Below are positions 1-10,687 of a DNA stretch of 64,000 bases, piece by piece. Numbering within the stretch: position 1 is the first letter of the stretch; each line of letters starts with the position of its first letter. The notes beneath the pieces are model-generated. The model saw nothing but the letters and a program-made list of their open reading frames with translations. It was not told the DNA's origin and ran no database searches. A program made the position numbers and the translations under genes. This DNA is from Thermodesulfobacteriota bacterium (GTDB lineage: Bacteria > Desulfobacterota_D > UBA1144 > Nemesobacterales > UBA2774): contig OZ244991.1 of NCBI GenBank assembly GCA_965223335.1, positions 2,432,001-2,496,000 of the forward strand, read 5' to 3'.

Positions 1-40
1 CCTAGATGAGAGATACGGAATGAGAGCTTCGATGGTGGTA

Positions 41-334
41 TTATTGCATCTTATCCACTTTATCCCTTAGCCCCACGGTATTGTAATTATCTTCAAAATC
101 AGTACTATATGTATTATTGCTTGAATATGCAGGCACACCCCAGTCCCCAGTTTCTCTGTGCCTGCATGTCGCAAGCCCCTTACCGCCATTAAAGGCGGCC
201 CCTTCTGCGAATTTATTTCTGCGTGAAAACTCAAGAATGGACTCTAGTAACGTGTTGAGCCTTTCATGGATTCGATCGGCTTTTGTGCCATTGCTCGATT
301 CAATTAATGTATCTACTTTACCGTATTGAAACAT
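41..334 (-). CDS. hypothetical protein
   Basis: 97-aa ORF with GGAGAG upstream of the ATG on the minus strand; no recognisable motif. Confidence 0.35.
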   Translation of the reverse strand: MFQYGKVDTLIESSNGTKADRIHERLNTLLESILEFSRRNKFAEGAAFNGGKGLATCRHRETGDWGVPAYSSNNTYSTDFEDNYNTVGLRDKVDKMQ

Positions 335-661
335 CCACTCACTCTCCTAACTTACCCCGTCACACCCTATTTTAGATATTCTTCAATGTATCTATCGAAC
401 TAATATTAAAAATCACTACACAATACGAATATATATGACTAATGATTACTATATATGATTATATGTTACATTCTTCTTTTGTCAATACCTAAACGTATGT
501 TTTTTAATAATAATGATAATAAGTTTAACAGACATCCAAAAAATGTATACTTTTCCAACCCGGAACACACCAAAATCGCCAGGAATATTACTTAATCTAT
601 ACGATTAGGTATTGCATCTATCTACCTGGTATTACTACAATATACTCAGTGTTAATACTGA

Positions 662-1681
662 CTAGAATGTAAAGTTAAGCCCTGTGATCGGCCCCGACAT
701 CCACGCATCGTATATAAACCTGTCGTCACCGCTTCCGTCTGTGAATTTATCGTAAAATACTTTGTAACCGATCATAAACTGCATCCAATCCGTTACATCA
801 AATCCAACTAAACCGAGCAGGTTCCATGCAAAATCGGACGAGAACCCAAGCCCAAACCCGCCGATATCGGTCCTGGCTATGAAAAACACCCTGTTCCAAG
901 GCTGCCATTTACCTCTCGTACCCACTATAAAATCAAACCATCCCTGGTCCCCGGATACACTAGTGCCGACTCCTACCGGGCCCGAACCCGCAATGTCTAT
1001 TGTATTATCAATGTTCATGTAGCGTCCGCCGGCTAAAACATCCAACTGTACCGCGGGTTTAACCATGCCCTTGCTGTTTGTAAATGCCGATGGTTGGGTG
1101 TATGCCCTGTAGAGCCCTACAAATTCCCACATATTGATTTTTACTGTAGCATCAATATTCAGGGGGCCTTTGTTGTTCTTGGTGTTGAGTTTCATGTAGG
1201 TTCCGTCTATGAAAAATCCCCATTTGTTTTTATAAAACACTTCCGCGTGCCCCTGGAAGGCAAAATCCAAATTATCCCATATATCACCGAAGCTTATATC
1301 AACATCGGCCTCCGAACCCCTTGCTCCCAATGTGCCATTTAGCCCCGTCATCCACAAGTACGGCGCAAAGGAGAATACCCAGTCTTTACCCGCGAGATAT
1401 CCGCTTGCCGAGGCACTCTGCCCAGCCTGTGCAACGTATATGGGCTCTGAATCCGCATCGTTTTGTGCAATTTCGTACCCCCCAGACAACCCGTCCTCAA
1501 AACTACCGCTTATATAGGAACCCAGATCCCCAGCCCTCGCATATGTATGTTCGGACTCCTCCGAGTCCACACACTTATCCTCACACTCCGCCAGCGCCGG
1601 TGTTCCGGGAATTATGAGTACAACCATGATTACAACCAGCAAATACAGCATTGCTTCCGAATACAATCTTGCGAAGTTCAT
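662..1681 (-). CDS. putative outer-membrane beta-barrel protein
   Basis: GGGAGG RBS before ATG 1681; signal peptide; alternating amphipathic strands rich in aromatics and Gly (WVFSFAPYLWMTGLNG...); ends in GLNFTF with C-terminal Phe. Confidence 0.7.
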   Translation of the reverse strand: MNFARLYSEAMLYLLVVIMVVLIIPGTPALAECEDKCVDSEESEHTYARAGDLGSYISGSFEDGLSGGYEIAQNDADSEPIYVAQAGQSASASGYLAGKDWVFSFAPYLWMTGLNGTLGARGSEADVDISFGDIWDNLDFAFQGHAEVFYKNKWGFFIDGTYMKLNTKNNKGPLNIDATVKINMWEFVGLYRAYTQPSAFTNSKGMVKPAVQLDVLAGGRYMNIDNTIDIAGSGPVGVGTSVSGDQGWFDFIVGTRGKWQPWNRVFFIARTDIGGFGLGFSSDFAWNLLGLVGFDVTDWMQFMIGYKVFYDKFTDGSGDDRFIYDAWMSGPITGLNFTF

Positions 1682-1825
1682 TTCACCCCTCCCTATGAAC
1701 AAATTTTTCGGTAGAAAACAGATACAAAACAGGAATATAGATCAATCATGATGACTATATGCCATTATATGCCAGCTATGATAGCAATGTCAATACCGCC
1801 ACGTATGGCAGATGTTTCTTATCTT

Positions 1826-1929
1826 TAATTTTTTGCTTTTCATTATGGGATTGTAGATCCCAATCCCGACATCAGAGATATAGCGTTAAGAAAACAGGGC
1901 AGTGCGGAGTTAAAATTGATTTTCGGGGG
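1826..1929 (+). repeat. 5' partial copy of the ~205-nt structured intergenic element
   Basis: tgggat/atccca hairpin, then cccgacatcagagatatagcgttaagaaaac...; nearly identical to 40630-40710; ends at a gcacactcagtgtg palindrome. Confidence 0.85.
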
Positions 1930-2218
1930 CACACTCAGTGTGGCACATTACATGTGCAGGAATATGATTTGTGTTTTGCGCCAGTTTAATGGACAACCAG
2001 CCCCGGTTTTTTTTTATGTCCTTCCCCGTCGCTAGCTCCCGGTCCCCATATTTTGTTCCTGCCGCCAGTCGCAACACATCGGCTCCTTATCGGTCCCCAT
2101 TGACACTTACGTAATTGTACTCCCTAATAACGGAGGCCCTGACCCCCATGTATATATCCTTAATAAATGGTATGATAGGTTCCAAACTCGCACGTGTGAG
2201 TGCTAAGGACAATCGCGC

Positions 2219-3673
2219 ATGAACCTACGCCTATCCCTACACGTTGTCGGCACATTCATCAAATTCTTCGGCCTTATCATGCTGCTGCCTATGGCATGCT
2301 CGCTTATCTACGGCGACGGTGCGTTCCATGTGTTTTTGATCTCGGGATTCATCGTTTCCATTGCAGGCCAGCTTTTAGAGTCCTCCACAAAACAGTCCGA
2401 ATGGTCACGCGAACTGAGCCGCAAAGACACCTTCTTAATCGCACTGCTATGCTGGCTTTTGGCAAGCCTTTTGGGCGCGCTCCCCTATCTGCTCGCACCC
2501 CACTTCCCTAACGCCATCGACGCAATCTTTGAGTCGTTCTCGGGCTATACCACAACGGGTGCGACTATACTAAGCGACATCGAGGCTCTACCGCCCAGCA
2601 TACTTTTTTACCGCTCACTCACCCAGTGGCTTGGCGGCATGGGTATCATCATTTTGGCCATTGCCATCCTGCCCAAACTCTCCGTGGGTGGAATGCAGCT
2701 TATGAAGCTCGAGACCACGGGGCCCACCACCGAAAAACTCACGCCCCAGATCGCAAGCACTGCCAAAAAACTCTGGATGATCTACGTGGGCCTGTCGTTT
2801 GCTTCATTCGTCCTATACTTCCTCTGCGGCATGCCCGCGTTCGACGCTATCAACACAGCATTTTGCACCGTATCCACCGCGGGATACTCGATTAAAAACG
2901 CAAGCATCGGTGCATATAACAGCCCGCTTATCGAATGCGTAGCCATACTGTTTATGTTTTTGGGCGGCATCAACTTTTTGCTCCACTACGCCGTGTTCAC
3001 AGGCCGGCTCAAAAGGGTATGGGAAAACACTGAGATCAGGTTCTTTGTAGTACTCCTTGTTCTATATATATTCGGTGTCAGCATCGACCTGTGGTACGAA
3101 CAATATCCCCACTATCCCGACGCACTACGCTACGCGGCGTTCCAGGTGGTCTCTATATTCACCACCACCGGGTTTAGCTCGGCCGACTCGGCCGCCTGGG
3201 GAGGGTTTGCCATCTTTGCACTCTTCACACTCATGTTTATGGGTGCGTGTGCCGGGTCCACGTGCGGCTCTATAAAGCTCATCCGAGTGCTTGTGCTGCT
3301 CAAAAAAGGCATCCGCGAGGTAAACCAGCTTATCAAACCCCACGCGGTGCTCACGATCAGGCTCGACAACCGCGCGGTCAGCGAAAATATTATCACCAGT
3401 GTTACAAGCTTCTTCCTGCTCTACCTATTTATAATGTTGTTGTCGGTGCTCGTAATACTCCTTGCCGATAACATATCGGTGCTGGGAGCGCTCTCGGCCA
3501 GCGCGGCTACTATCGGCAATGTCGGCCCTGGCTTTGCCGAGGTAGGTGTTACAGGAAACTACCAGTTCCTCTCCCCGTTCACCAAGCTCTGGATGTGTAT
3601 GCTTATGATCCTCGGCCGCCTCGAACTCTACACCGTGCTTGTATTCTTCTCCCCACTCTTCTGGCGCAAATAG
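2219..3673 (+). CDS. trkH: TrkH family potassium uptake protein
   Basis: 484 aa polytopic; pore-loop motifs FESFSGYTTTGAT, STAGYS, TTTGF, IGNVGPG; QWLGGMGII; GSTCGSIK; LGRLEL. Confidence 0.95.
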   Translation: MNLRLSLHVVGTFIKFFGLIMLLPMACSLIYGDGAFHVFLISGFIVSIAGQLLESSTKQSEWSRELSRKDTFLIALLCWLLASLLGALPYLLAPHFPNAIDAIFESFSGYTTTGATILSDIEALPPSILFYRSLTQWLGGMGIIILAIAILPKLSVGGMQLMKLETTGPTTEKLTPQIASTAKKLWMIYVGLSFASFVLYFLCGMPAFDAINTAFCTVSTAGYSIKNASIGAYNSPLIECVAILFMFLGGINFLLHYAVFTGRLKRVWENTEIRFFVVLLVLYIFGVSIDLWYEQYPHYPDALRYAAFQVVSIFTTTGFSSADSAAWGGFAIFALFTLMFMGACAGSTCGSIKLIRVLVLLKKGIREVNQLIKPHAVLTIRLDNRAVSENIITSVTSFFLLYLFIMLLSVLVILLADNISVLGALSASAATIGNVGPGFAEVGVTGNYQFLSPFTKLWMCMLMILGRLELYTVLVFFSPLFWRK

Positions 3674-3700
3674 GCAGAGAACCTGTGGCACGAATATATT

Positions 3701-3902
3701 TTAGTCTTTTGCCTTTACCTAATTGTGTCGCTAGACACAAAACCGACATTCAGCGATTCGCGTTAAGATAATTTGTGAGTACGGTGTAAAGAATGTATTT
3801 CGGGGATGCGGAGGGATAAATACATTTAACCGGACGAGCCAATTATTAGCTAATCGCTGTCAGTCGGTGATTTTTGCATACTTTTGATCAAGCAAAAGTA
3901 GC
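3701..3902 (+). ncRNA. candidate structured RNA / non-autonomous repeat element, full copy
   Basis: P1 ttgtgtc/gacacaa; rod ccgac..cagcgatt / aatcgctg..gtcgg with apical aatgtattt/aaatacatt; 3' hairpin tactttt/aaaagta. Confidence 0.65.
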
Positions 3903-3919
3903 GAATAAAAGAGGTAAAA

Positions 3920-4003
3920 CGTACTAAAATAGGGACGCACCCCTATTTTAGTAACTCATTGTTATCACAGTATATTGTTTAATTAGGGACGGACCCCTAT
4001 TAT
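3920..4003. repeat. pair of REP-like short hairpins
   Basis: aaatagggacgcacccctattt and tagggacggacccctat. Confidence 0.55.
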
Positions 4004-4014
4004 TTTGCTCTCAT

Positions 4015-4222
4015 GTCTTTTTGCTTTTGCAGTTTCCTAATTGTGTCGTTAGACACAATCCCGACATCCACATGAACGGCGTAAAGAAAATCGGTTGCGC
4101 AAGCGTCAAGAATGATATACGGGGTGTGGGCAGAATTATATCATTTAGCTTAAGCAAACTATTTTTAGCACGTTTATGTGCAGTCGGTGATTTTTGCCTA
4201 CTTTTCATCAAGGAAAAGTAGG
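4015..4222 (+). ncRNA. structured element, full copy
   Basis: Same layout as 3701-3902 with different paired bases: cacatgaacg/cgtttatgtg, aatgatata/tatatcatt, cctactttt/aaaagtagg. Confidence 0.65.
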
Positions 4223-4294
4223 AGAGAAAAGATATAAAAAATATCATCCTACTAACGCAGAATCCGAAATGGCTAAACTGTAGTTATTTCCCTA

Positions 4295-4366
4295 TGAGGT
4301 CGCAGACCTCAGTCCCGACATTCAGCTATTAGCGTTAAGAAAATAGCGCAACGGAGTCGTAAATTG
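4295..4366 (+). repeat. structured element, 5' partial copy
   Basis: P1 tgaggtc/gacctca, then cccgacattcagctattagcgttaagaaaa; ends at gcacactgagtgtg. Confidence 0.75.
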
Positions 4367-4404
4367 CACACTGAGTGTGGCACATTACATGTGCAGGAAC
4401 ATGT

Positions 4405-4606
4405 TTAGTCTTTTGCCTTTACACAATGGGATTGCAAATCCCAGTCCCGACATTCAGTGATTCGCGTTAAAAAAATAGCGCAATGGAGTCGTAAATTGGT
4501 TTTCGGGGTTGTGGTTGGATTAAAATCAATTAGACGGAGTTAGCTATTTTTAGCTAATCGCTGTCAGTCGGTGATTTTTGCATACTTTTGATCAAGCAAA
4601 AGTATG
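4405..4606 (+). ncRNA. structured element, full copy
   Basis: tgggatt/aatccca; cagtgatt/aatcgctg; aattggtttt/aaaatcaatt; catactttt/aaaagtatg. Confidence 0.65.
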
Positions 4607-4752
4607 AAGTAAATGGGCACTGAGTATCAATCTATCAAGAGACTAGACCTTAAGCTGTGCAAGGATGGGCACAATTCTATGCATGGGTCTCTAGACCCAT
4701 AACACACCTTATGTTATAAACATATTCAATACATTTTGAGGAGAGTGGCACT

Positions 4753-5049
4753 ATGGGCATTGCAATCATATTCTCTGTCGCTGTAAAACCCGAATCCCGC
4801 GACGAGCTCATGGCTTATATGAAAGAGATCCTACCCGACACGAGGGGCTTTGACGGATGCCAGGGTGTTGATGTGTATACCGACATGGACAACCCCAATA
4901 TAGTCGTGCTGTATGAGAAGTGGGACTCTAGGGGACACTACGAAAAATACCATCACTGGCGCGAAGAGACCGGGGTGTTGGACGTACTCCGCAGCATGTT
5001 TGACGGCCCTCCGATCAGCCGTCATTTTCTAGAGCTGGCCGACGTTTAA
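4753..5049 (+). CDS. antibiotic biosynthesis monooxygenase (ABM/YgiN-like) domain protein
   Basis: 98 aa; GAGGAG RBS; pattern V-K-P...TRGFDGCQ..V...DNPN..VLYEKWDS. Confidence 0.8.
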   Translation: MGIAIIFSVAVKPESRDELMAYMKEILPDTRGFDGCQGVDVYTDMDNPNIVVLYEKWDSRGHYEKYHHWREETGVLDVLRSMFDGPPISRHFLELADV

Positions 5050-5280
5050 CAAGGTAATTACTCAACAATAGATTCTACCGCACTATCAAAAGTATAAGAG
5101 CGCAATATCGATGTTATTACAGGATGTTACAGGATATAGTTAAACTATATTATTAGTCGATGCATGTACTTATCCGGCCCATAATTCAGTACAGGGTCTG
5201 CGATTTATTTCCTCTCGACCTGGCTATCAAGGGATGATACTATATATTATTATAAAAATTATTTACTGGACACGACTACC

Positions 5281-5691
5281 ATGGACCCTAACGCTTCATT
5301 CCCCGTCTTCATAGTACCAGACCTCGAGCAGGCTCTTGAATTCTATACCGAATACCTCGGATTTTCGGCCGTATTCGAGAGTGATTGGTACATCCACCTG
5401 GCAACCGAATCGGGCATACAGATCGGCTTCTTAATCCCCGACCACCCCTCTCAGCCCGAGGAGTTCCAAAAGGCCTACCCCGGCGACGGAGTAGTGTTTA
5501 GCATCGAGGTCGAGGATGTGGACGATGCATACGACGAAGCCACCGAGTTTGGGCTCGAGATCATACTGGATATCCGGACCGAGGAATGGGGCCAGCGCCA
5601 CTTCTCGATCAAAGACCCAAACGGTATATATATAGATATTATCCAAGAGACCGACCCCTCAGAGGAACTCGATGACAACTACCTCCAGTAA
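5281..5691 (+). CDS. VOC/glyoxalase family protein
   Basis: DLEQALEFYTEYLGF...EVEDVD...EEWGQRHFSIKDPNG. Confidence 0.9.
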   Translation: MDPNASFPVFIVPDLEQALEFYTEYLGFSAVFESDWYIHLATESGIQIGFLIPDHPSQPEEFQKAYPGDGVVFSIEVEDVDDAYDEATEFGLEIILDIRTEEWGQRHFSIKDPNGIYIDIIQETDPSEELDDNYLQ

Positions 5692-5959
5692 ACAATCCCC
5701 GAGACCGCTCGGTAAGCTTAAAAACATAGGCAAAAAACTGGAATCGCGCCTAAAAGAAGCAGGTATAAATTCCGAAAAGGAACTGCGCAAGGTAAAACCA
5801 GCAGGTGCCCATAATAAGATACAATCCCTATACCCTAACGAAACCCTTCCGGTTTGCTATTACCTGTACTCATTCGAAGGAGCGCTCCGCGACCTGCACT
5901 GGGACGCTATCGGCGAGCGCAGAAAAACCCAACTCCGAAAAGAGATCGGTAAAGATTAA
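5672..5959 (+). CDS. TfoX/Sxy C-terminal domain protein
   Basis: LKNIGKKLESRLKEAGI...LYSFEGAL...W....K..L matches the TfoX_C pattern. Confidence 0.8.
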   Translation: MTTTSSKQSPRPLGKLKNIGKKLESRLKEAGINSEKELRKVKPAGAHNKIQSLYPNETLPVCYYLYSFEGALRDLHWDAIGERRKTQLRKEIGKD

Positions 5960-6164
5960 CCTACTCAACTATTGTAATATTCATCTTTTACGCCCCACTA
6001 TAAGCATATCAAACTAGTCCTAGAAATTCGTTTGATTCAAACCTTTGTTGTTATCTGAAATCCCATTATATTAAGTATTTATAAATTACGCCTTTAAAAA
6101 AGTATAGAAATAGTCTATATATATAACATAGTAGTAAATTGACGATGGGAGGGTCAGGTCTAGG

Positions 6165-6623
6165 ATGAGAATCAGATTACTAAGTATTTTACTAATTGGG
6201 CTGTTATTACAAGGTTGCATACCATACCTTGCTGGTGTAGTAGCCACCAGCCGTGCAAACAGCAGGGCAAGGGCAAATTGTATCGAGAGCGGTAATCAGT
6301 GGATCGATGGCAGTTCTTGGGGTTGGGATGTTGGTCAATGCATGAGTCCCGATGCTAAACTGGATACGCCTCAAGCTAAATGTGAAGCTTTGAATGGAGT
6401 ATGGCATGAATCTACAAAGAACTGTAAATTTGCAGCTCAAGATGCCAATTCGCCTCAAGCGAGATGTTTGGCAATGGACGGCACATGGTATGAGGTAACG
6501 CAGAATTGTAAATTTGAGACACAAGAGACAGACACACCTAAAGCAAGATGCGAATCCGTTAATGGTACATGGTATGAGGCAACAGGCAGTTGCAGATTCG
6601 AAGCCAATGATATGAATCCATAG
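6165..6623 (+). CDS. lipoprotein with Cys-rich tandem repeats
   Basis: GGAGG RBS; lipobox LLQGC; three ~29-aa repeats P.A.C...(N/D)G.W.E.T..C.F plus one degenerate copy. Confidence 0.75.
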   Translation: MRIRLLSILLIGLLLQGCIPYLAGVVATSRANSRARANCIESGNQWIDGSSWGWDVGQCMSPDAKLDTPQAKCEALNGVWHESTKNCKFAAQDANSPQARCLAMDGTWYEVTQNCKFETQETDTPKARCESVNGTWYEATGSCRFEANDMNP

Positions 6624-6686
6624 TACGAGTTGACATATTAAATATTTGGAACTCCTATGTGCTTTTTGGCTTTATAGTGATCGCAT

Positions 6687-6728
6687 AAAAGAAAAAGAGC
6701 CCCCAAAACCCTCTCGGGTCGGGGGCTC
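6687..6728 (-). terminator. Rho-independent terminator of the protease gene
   Basis: gagccccc/gggggctc stem followed by a U-tract on the minus strand. Confidence 0.7.
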
Positions 6729-6779
6729 CTCCAATAACTTACTAGGTACTCCTATACTGCCTTTATTAACTTAAATCAT

Positions 6780-8972
6780 CTAAAACTTGCTTACCGACTG
6801 TTCCTCGGAACACACGCTTAGGTCCGTCAAACAGATCTGGTACACATATGTGGCTTTACCTCTGCCTATTTGGGGGTCGGTATATGCCCCGCTTCCCTCA
6901 GCTCCGGATTCAACCACGGCAATCTCGTTACCGTCACGTATTATCACAAGACTTGTATTAGACGGCGCACCCGACCATTCGAGGTCTACATGATGACGTC
7001 CTTTGATCTTATATGCGTCGGCAATCACAAGGTTTATCACTACAGGCGGCGGTTCCTCCTCTGTCGTAGCCGTAGCGGTGTTGCTTGGGTCCGAGTCCCC
7101 GTCCTCGTTAAACGCTATCACACGGTAGCTATACGTCTGCCCCGGCGACAGTCCACTGTCCGTATAACTGGTGGTGTTTGCTGCCACTGTGGCAATCTCG
7201 GTCCACACACTTGTCTCTGTAGCTTCGCCATCTGTGCGCTCTATGCGGAAGCCTGTCTCGTTCTCTGACGTATCGGTCCACTCAAGCCCTATGCTTGTTG
7301 TACCCTGAGCTGTGGCTACTAGGTCGCTTGGCGCACTCGGAGGATCAGGCGGCGGCGGTTCCTCCTCTGTCGTGGCACTTGCAACGTTGCTCCAGTCCGA
7401 CTCACCGTCGTTATTAACTGCCCTTGTTCTATAGTAATAAGTTGTGTTAGCTGCAAGCCCCGTGTCCACATAACCCACCACGTTTACACCTTGAGTGGGC
7501 AGCGCTACCCAATTGGCCCCCGTTGCGGGGTCAGTGTCCGAGCGCTCTATCTCAAACCCTGTTTCGTTATCTGCGTTATCAGTCCACGTAAGATCTATGC
7601 TCGATTCATCTACCGCCGTTGCGTTAAGATCCGTAGGAGCCGCTGGCGGTTCAGGCGGGGTCACAGTCTCGCGAAACTGAGCCGCCACTGGGGTGGTCTG
7701 CACTAGTGACCTTGCATTGTCGGCGCTATTGTCCGGGTCCACGTCGTGGTCAATACCCATCGGAATGCCGTGGAGCAGCACATTTGGGTTAGAGAAATAG
7801 TTCTGCCTAATGCAGTTAAACCCGCTGCAGGCATAAGACATCACCGTACGGAAACCGTTGTTGTTAAGCTCAGGCACCGCCTGGGCGTATTTATAGCCGT
7901 AAGAATACTCGAACGCCCCATCCACACCGGCATTGTCCCGGTCATGGGCACAGCCCAGATTGTGACCCAGTTCATGCTCCATAGTTAGCCCAGCCAGGTT
8001 GTCATACTCAGTCACCGAGAATGCATTTCTTTCAAACGTAGTGCTCACAGTCTGCATCACAAACCCCACGCCTGCTGCCGAGCCTATCTCGCCCGTAACC
8101 ATCGCAACTATGTCTGCCCCATGCTGGTCACGTATATCGTGCACCTCGTCTATGTAAGTATCGGTTTTGCCCCTAAGGTCATAGAGCGCCTGGACCAAAG
8201 CGTCCGAGCTATTGGGCCCGTCGTTTCGGGGCGTGTACTCGACCAGTTGCGAATGCACCAGGTTGTACTGGGCCGGCACCTCGCTGTTCGCAAGCCCTAC
8301 CGTTGCGTTCTCTACCACAGACTGTATTGTAAGGTCGATATTGGGATTACCCTCAAGCGCAAGCGGTGTATAGACAACCATTAAATCGATTACTACGTGG
8401 CTATCGGCCTCAATCTCCCCGCCCTCGAACTCCACAGGGGCATCCCCCTCCTCGGGCTCTATAGCGTCGGTTATGGGGTCAAATTCCACCATCTCTATCT
8501 CCCGGAGCACATACTCACCTGTGTCGGGCGACTGTGTAATGGAGTACATCTGTCCATCCACTGTAATCTGGCCCGCAAGACGGTTGTCGCCGCTAACAGT
8601 AAACACTACCGAGCTCCCGGGCTCACCCTCTATCTCACCTACCCAAAGCTCTGTGTCCCCAAGCCCCTTTTTTCTGTGCTTTAGCTTCCCCAAAAACTTC
8701 TTGTCCTGAAAAAGCTCCAAATCGACTAGAGCCCCTTTAAGCACAGCCGGGTTCACAGTAACCTGTGCTTCTTTCTTTACCGCATTACCCTTTCCTTTAT
8801 CGGGTTTTGTGGGCTTTTCGTGGCCGCTAATCAGCTTGCCAGGAGGGTTGTGGCTCTCTTTGTGGGCCGCAAATACATAATTAGAGTCCGCAAACACGAG
8901 CAACAACAGCAACGCTATCGCAATTCCAAAATGACAAAACAGACCTCTACTGCGTGAGATTCCATCGTCCAT
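6780..8972 (-). CDS. secreted reprolysin-like (M12B-type) zinc metallopeptidase with two fibronectin type III domains
   Basis: HELGHNLGCAH zinc motif, downstream TVMSY Met-turn, IDLMVVYT; two FN3 repeats (PAAPTDL...LTWTDN..NETGF.IER...YYYR.RA.N); start placed by a GGAGG RBS (the ORF extends to 9050). Confidence 0.9.
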   Translation of the reverse strand: MDDGISRSRGLFCHFGIAIALLLLLVFADSNYVFAAHKESHNPPGKLISGHEKPTKPDKGKGNAVKKEAQVTVNPAVLKGALVDLELFQDKKFLGKLKHRKKGLGDTELWVGEIEGEPGSSVVFTVSGDNRLAGQITVDGQMYSITQSPDTGEYVLREIEMVEFDPITDAIEPEEGDAPVEFEGGEIEADSHVVIDLMVVYTPLALEGNPNIDLTIQSVVENATVGLANSEVPAQYNLVHSQLVEYTPRNDGPNSSDALVQALYDLRGKTDTYIDEVHDIRDQHGADIVAMVTGEIGSAAGVGFVMQTVSTTFERNAFSVTEYDNLAGLTMEHELGHNLGCAHDRDNAGVDGAFEYSYGYKYAQAVPELNNNGFRTVMSYACSGFNCIRQNYFSNPNVLLHGIPMGIDHDVDPDNSADNARSLVQTTPVAAQFRETVTPPEPPAAPTDLNATAVDESSIDLTWTDNADNETGFEIERSDTDPATGANWVALPTQGVNVVGYVDTGLAANTTYYYRTRAVNNDGESDWSNVASATTEEEPPPPDPPSAPSDLVATAQGTTSIGLEWTDTSENETGFRIERTDGEATETSVWTEIATVAANTTSYTDSGLSPGQTYSYRVIAFNEDGDSDPSNTATATTEEEPPPVVINLVIADAYKIKGRHHVDLEWSGAPSNTSLVIIRDGNEIAVVESGAEGSGAYTDPQIGRGKATYVYQICLTDLSVCSEEQSVSKF

Positions 8973-9440
8973 ATCCATCATCCTCCAATATGTTTTTAGA
9001 CCTCTTCCCAGACCCCGGCCTATTAAACCGATTATCGCATATAAATACATTAATTAATATTAGGGATATACCTTATTTTAATTAGGGTATGTTTGTATTG
9101 GCTAATAATTTAATTGTAACGATCACAAAGCCCCTATCGGGCATTAAACAAGTGTGTTGTAACTCTTTAAAATAATAATTTTTATAGTAAAATTACTGCA
9201 ACCAAGTTTTGTTCTCTATATGACGAAGTCATACAAACCAAACTGCTACTGATTAATAAATCGTGTGGAGGCGACTCAGGATCAATAGTATAGAGCAAAA
9301 GTTTAAACACCTTACTTATTACCTCCCCACCCTCTTTTTAATCCCTACGGTCAAAGCAGCCGCAGGTTCAAGCGATGGTTTGAGTGTTAATAATTAAAGC
9401 CTAAAAACAAAAGATGAAAATCACCAAGGAGGATTTAACA

Positions 9441-10505
9441 ATGATTAAATCAAGCAAACAGTTACTTCTTTACAGTACTGTCATAACACTCATGCTCGGG
9501 GTACTGCAATTGACGCCGACATTGGCACAGCCCGCAATTGCTCCCTACAGTTTCTTAAACCAGACCGACCAGTCCACAGACAGGGTCGTTTATTTTTGGG
9601 ACCTGCGCATGGCGCGCCAGAGCTATGTACAGGTAACCAACATCATTCAAGACACAGTATTTGTACACGTCCAGATCTTTAACGTCACCTCACCGGTAAC
9701 AGTTTGTGAGGAGACCGATTTTAACGACGTATACACCCCAGGGGACACACATGTGTACGACCTAAGCGCGCTTGTATCCAACAACGACGCCGACGGGCTA
9801 GGGTTTGGAGGCAGTTCGGCTCCAAACGCCGACTTAGACGAGGGATACGGCCTCTTTGTCGTATCCGAGGTCTCAGGGATCGACTCGCTTATCGGCATGT
9901 TTAGAATCATAGACGGCGACAGCGATTTTGAGTACAGGACCAACGCCGCCGGTGAAGGTCTTCTGGGAAGCGCTCCCAACACTTGGAGTACCGCTGTGCT
10001 AAATTTCAACAGTGTCGACAGTGCTAATCTGTCCGATGTAGTGGGCCTGGTATACCGCCACATTGACGAGGCCAGTGTTATAGCAAGCCCTCAAATTCAG
10101 GCCGAGTTCGGCTACCCCACAGGCGATGTTACCGATCCCCAGCCACAAATTCATATATTCGACGAGTTCGAGAGCCCCACATCCTGCAGTCCTACCACCT
10201 TCGCTTGCGATATAGGGCTTGTGGACAAAGGCATAGACAACTTCCACCCCAACTCTAAGGGTGAGGTTAATAGAATTTGTAACGACAGTGTAGATGTAGG
10301 ATGGCTCTTTATGCCGCTTCGCGATTTTAGATGCTTCGATCTAGACCCCGTCAGCGGAAACTGTCCCTTCATGTTTATACAGGACGAATTTTTTGTAGGG
10401 TTTTTGGGCTTAAATAACGGCAACGGTACCGGGTCGATGGACTCGTGGTGGACCCCTGGGACCTGTGACGAACCCCAGTGCCCGCGTAGAGGCGGAGGGT
10501 TTTAA
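9441..10505 (+). CDS. array secreted protein, type A (A1)
   Basis: AAGGAGG RBS; signal peptide; family blocks W-D-x-RMARQ, GDTHVYDL, GMFRIIDG, FESPTSCSP, DNFHPNSKGEVNRICNDSVDVGWL, GTGSMDSWWT. Confidence 0.9.
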   Translation: MIKSSKQLLLYSTVITLMLGVLQLTPTLAQPAIAPYSFLNQTDQSTDRVVYFWDLRMARQSYVQVTNIIQDTVFVHVQIFNVTSPVTVCEETDFNDVYTPGDTHVYDLSALVSNNDADGLGFGGSSAPNADLDEGYGLFVVSEVSGIDSLIGMFRIIDGDSDFEYRTNAAGEGLLGSAPNTWSTAVLNFNSVDSANLSDVVGLVYRHIDEASVIASPQIQAEFGYPTGDVTDPQPQIHIFDEFESPTSCSPTTFACDIGLVDKGIDNFHPNSKGEVNRICNDSVDVGWLFMPLRDFRCFDLDPVSGNCPFMFIQDEFFVGFLGLNNGNGTGSMDSWWTPGTCDEPQCPRRGGGF

Positions 10506-10640
10506 TGACTACAATTCCCATACTCATTCACAACCTATAATACAATATAGAACCTAGATGATATAATTCTATGCACTACGAGCAGGGCAGAAACAACTTA
10601 CATGCTCTGCTCCCAAACCATATTAGAAAAAACTTTTTAT

Positions 10641-10676
10641 AGGCGGTGTGAGCCAATAGTTTACACCGCTTTTTTT
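10641..10676 (+). terminator. Rho-independent terminator after A1
   Basis: gcggtgtg/tacaccgc stem + T-tract. Confidence 0.75.
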
Positions 10677-10687
10677 AATTACTTACC

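Noticed and set aside
4011..4247. Small ORFs over repeat elements (also 1759-1989, 35426-35874, 40247-40840, 47711-47902, 57895-58137)
   Set aside because: They overlap the non-coding repeats; shared peptides such as KSPT come from the repeat, and the frames are not preserved
9250..9400. Possible riboswitch or leader upstream of A1
   Set aside because: Only a weak gtggagg/cctccccac complementarity; no recognisable aptamer
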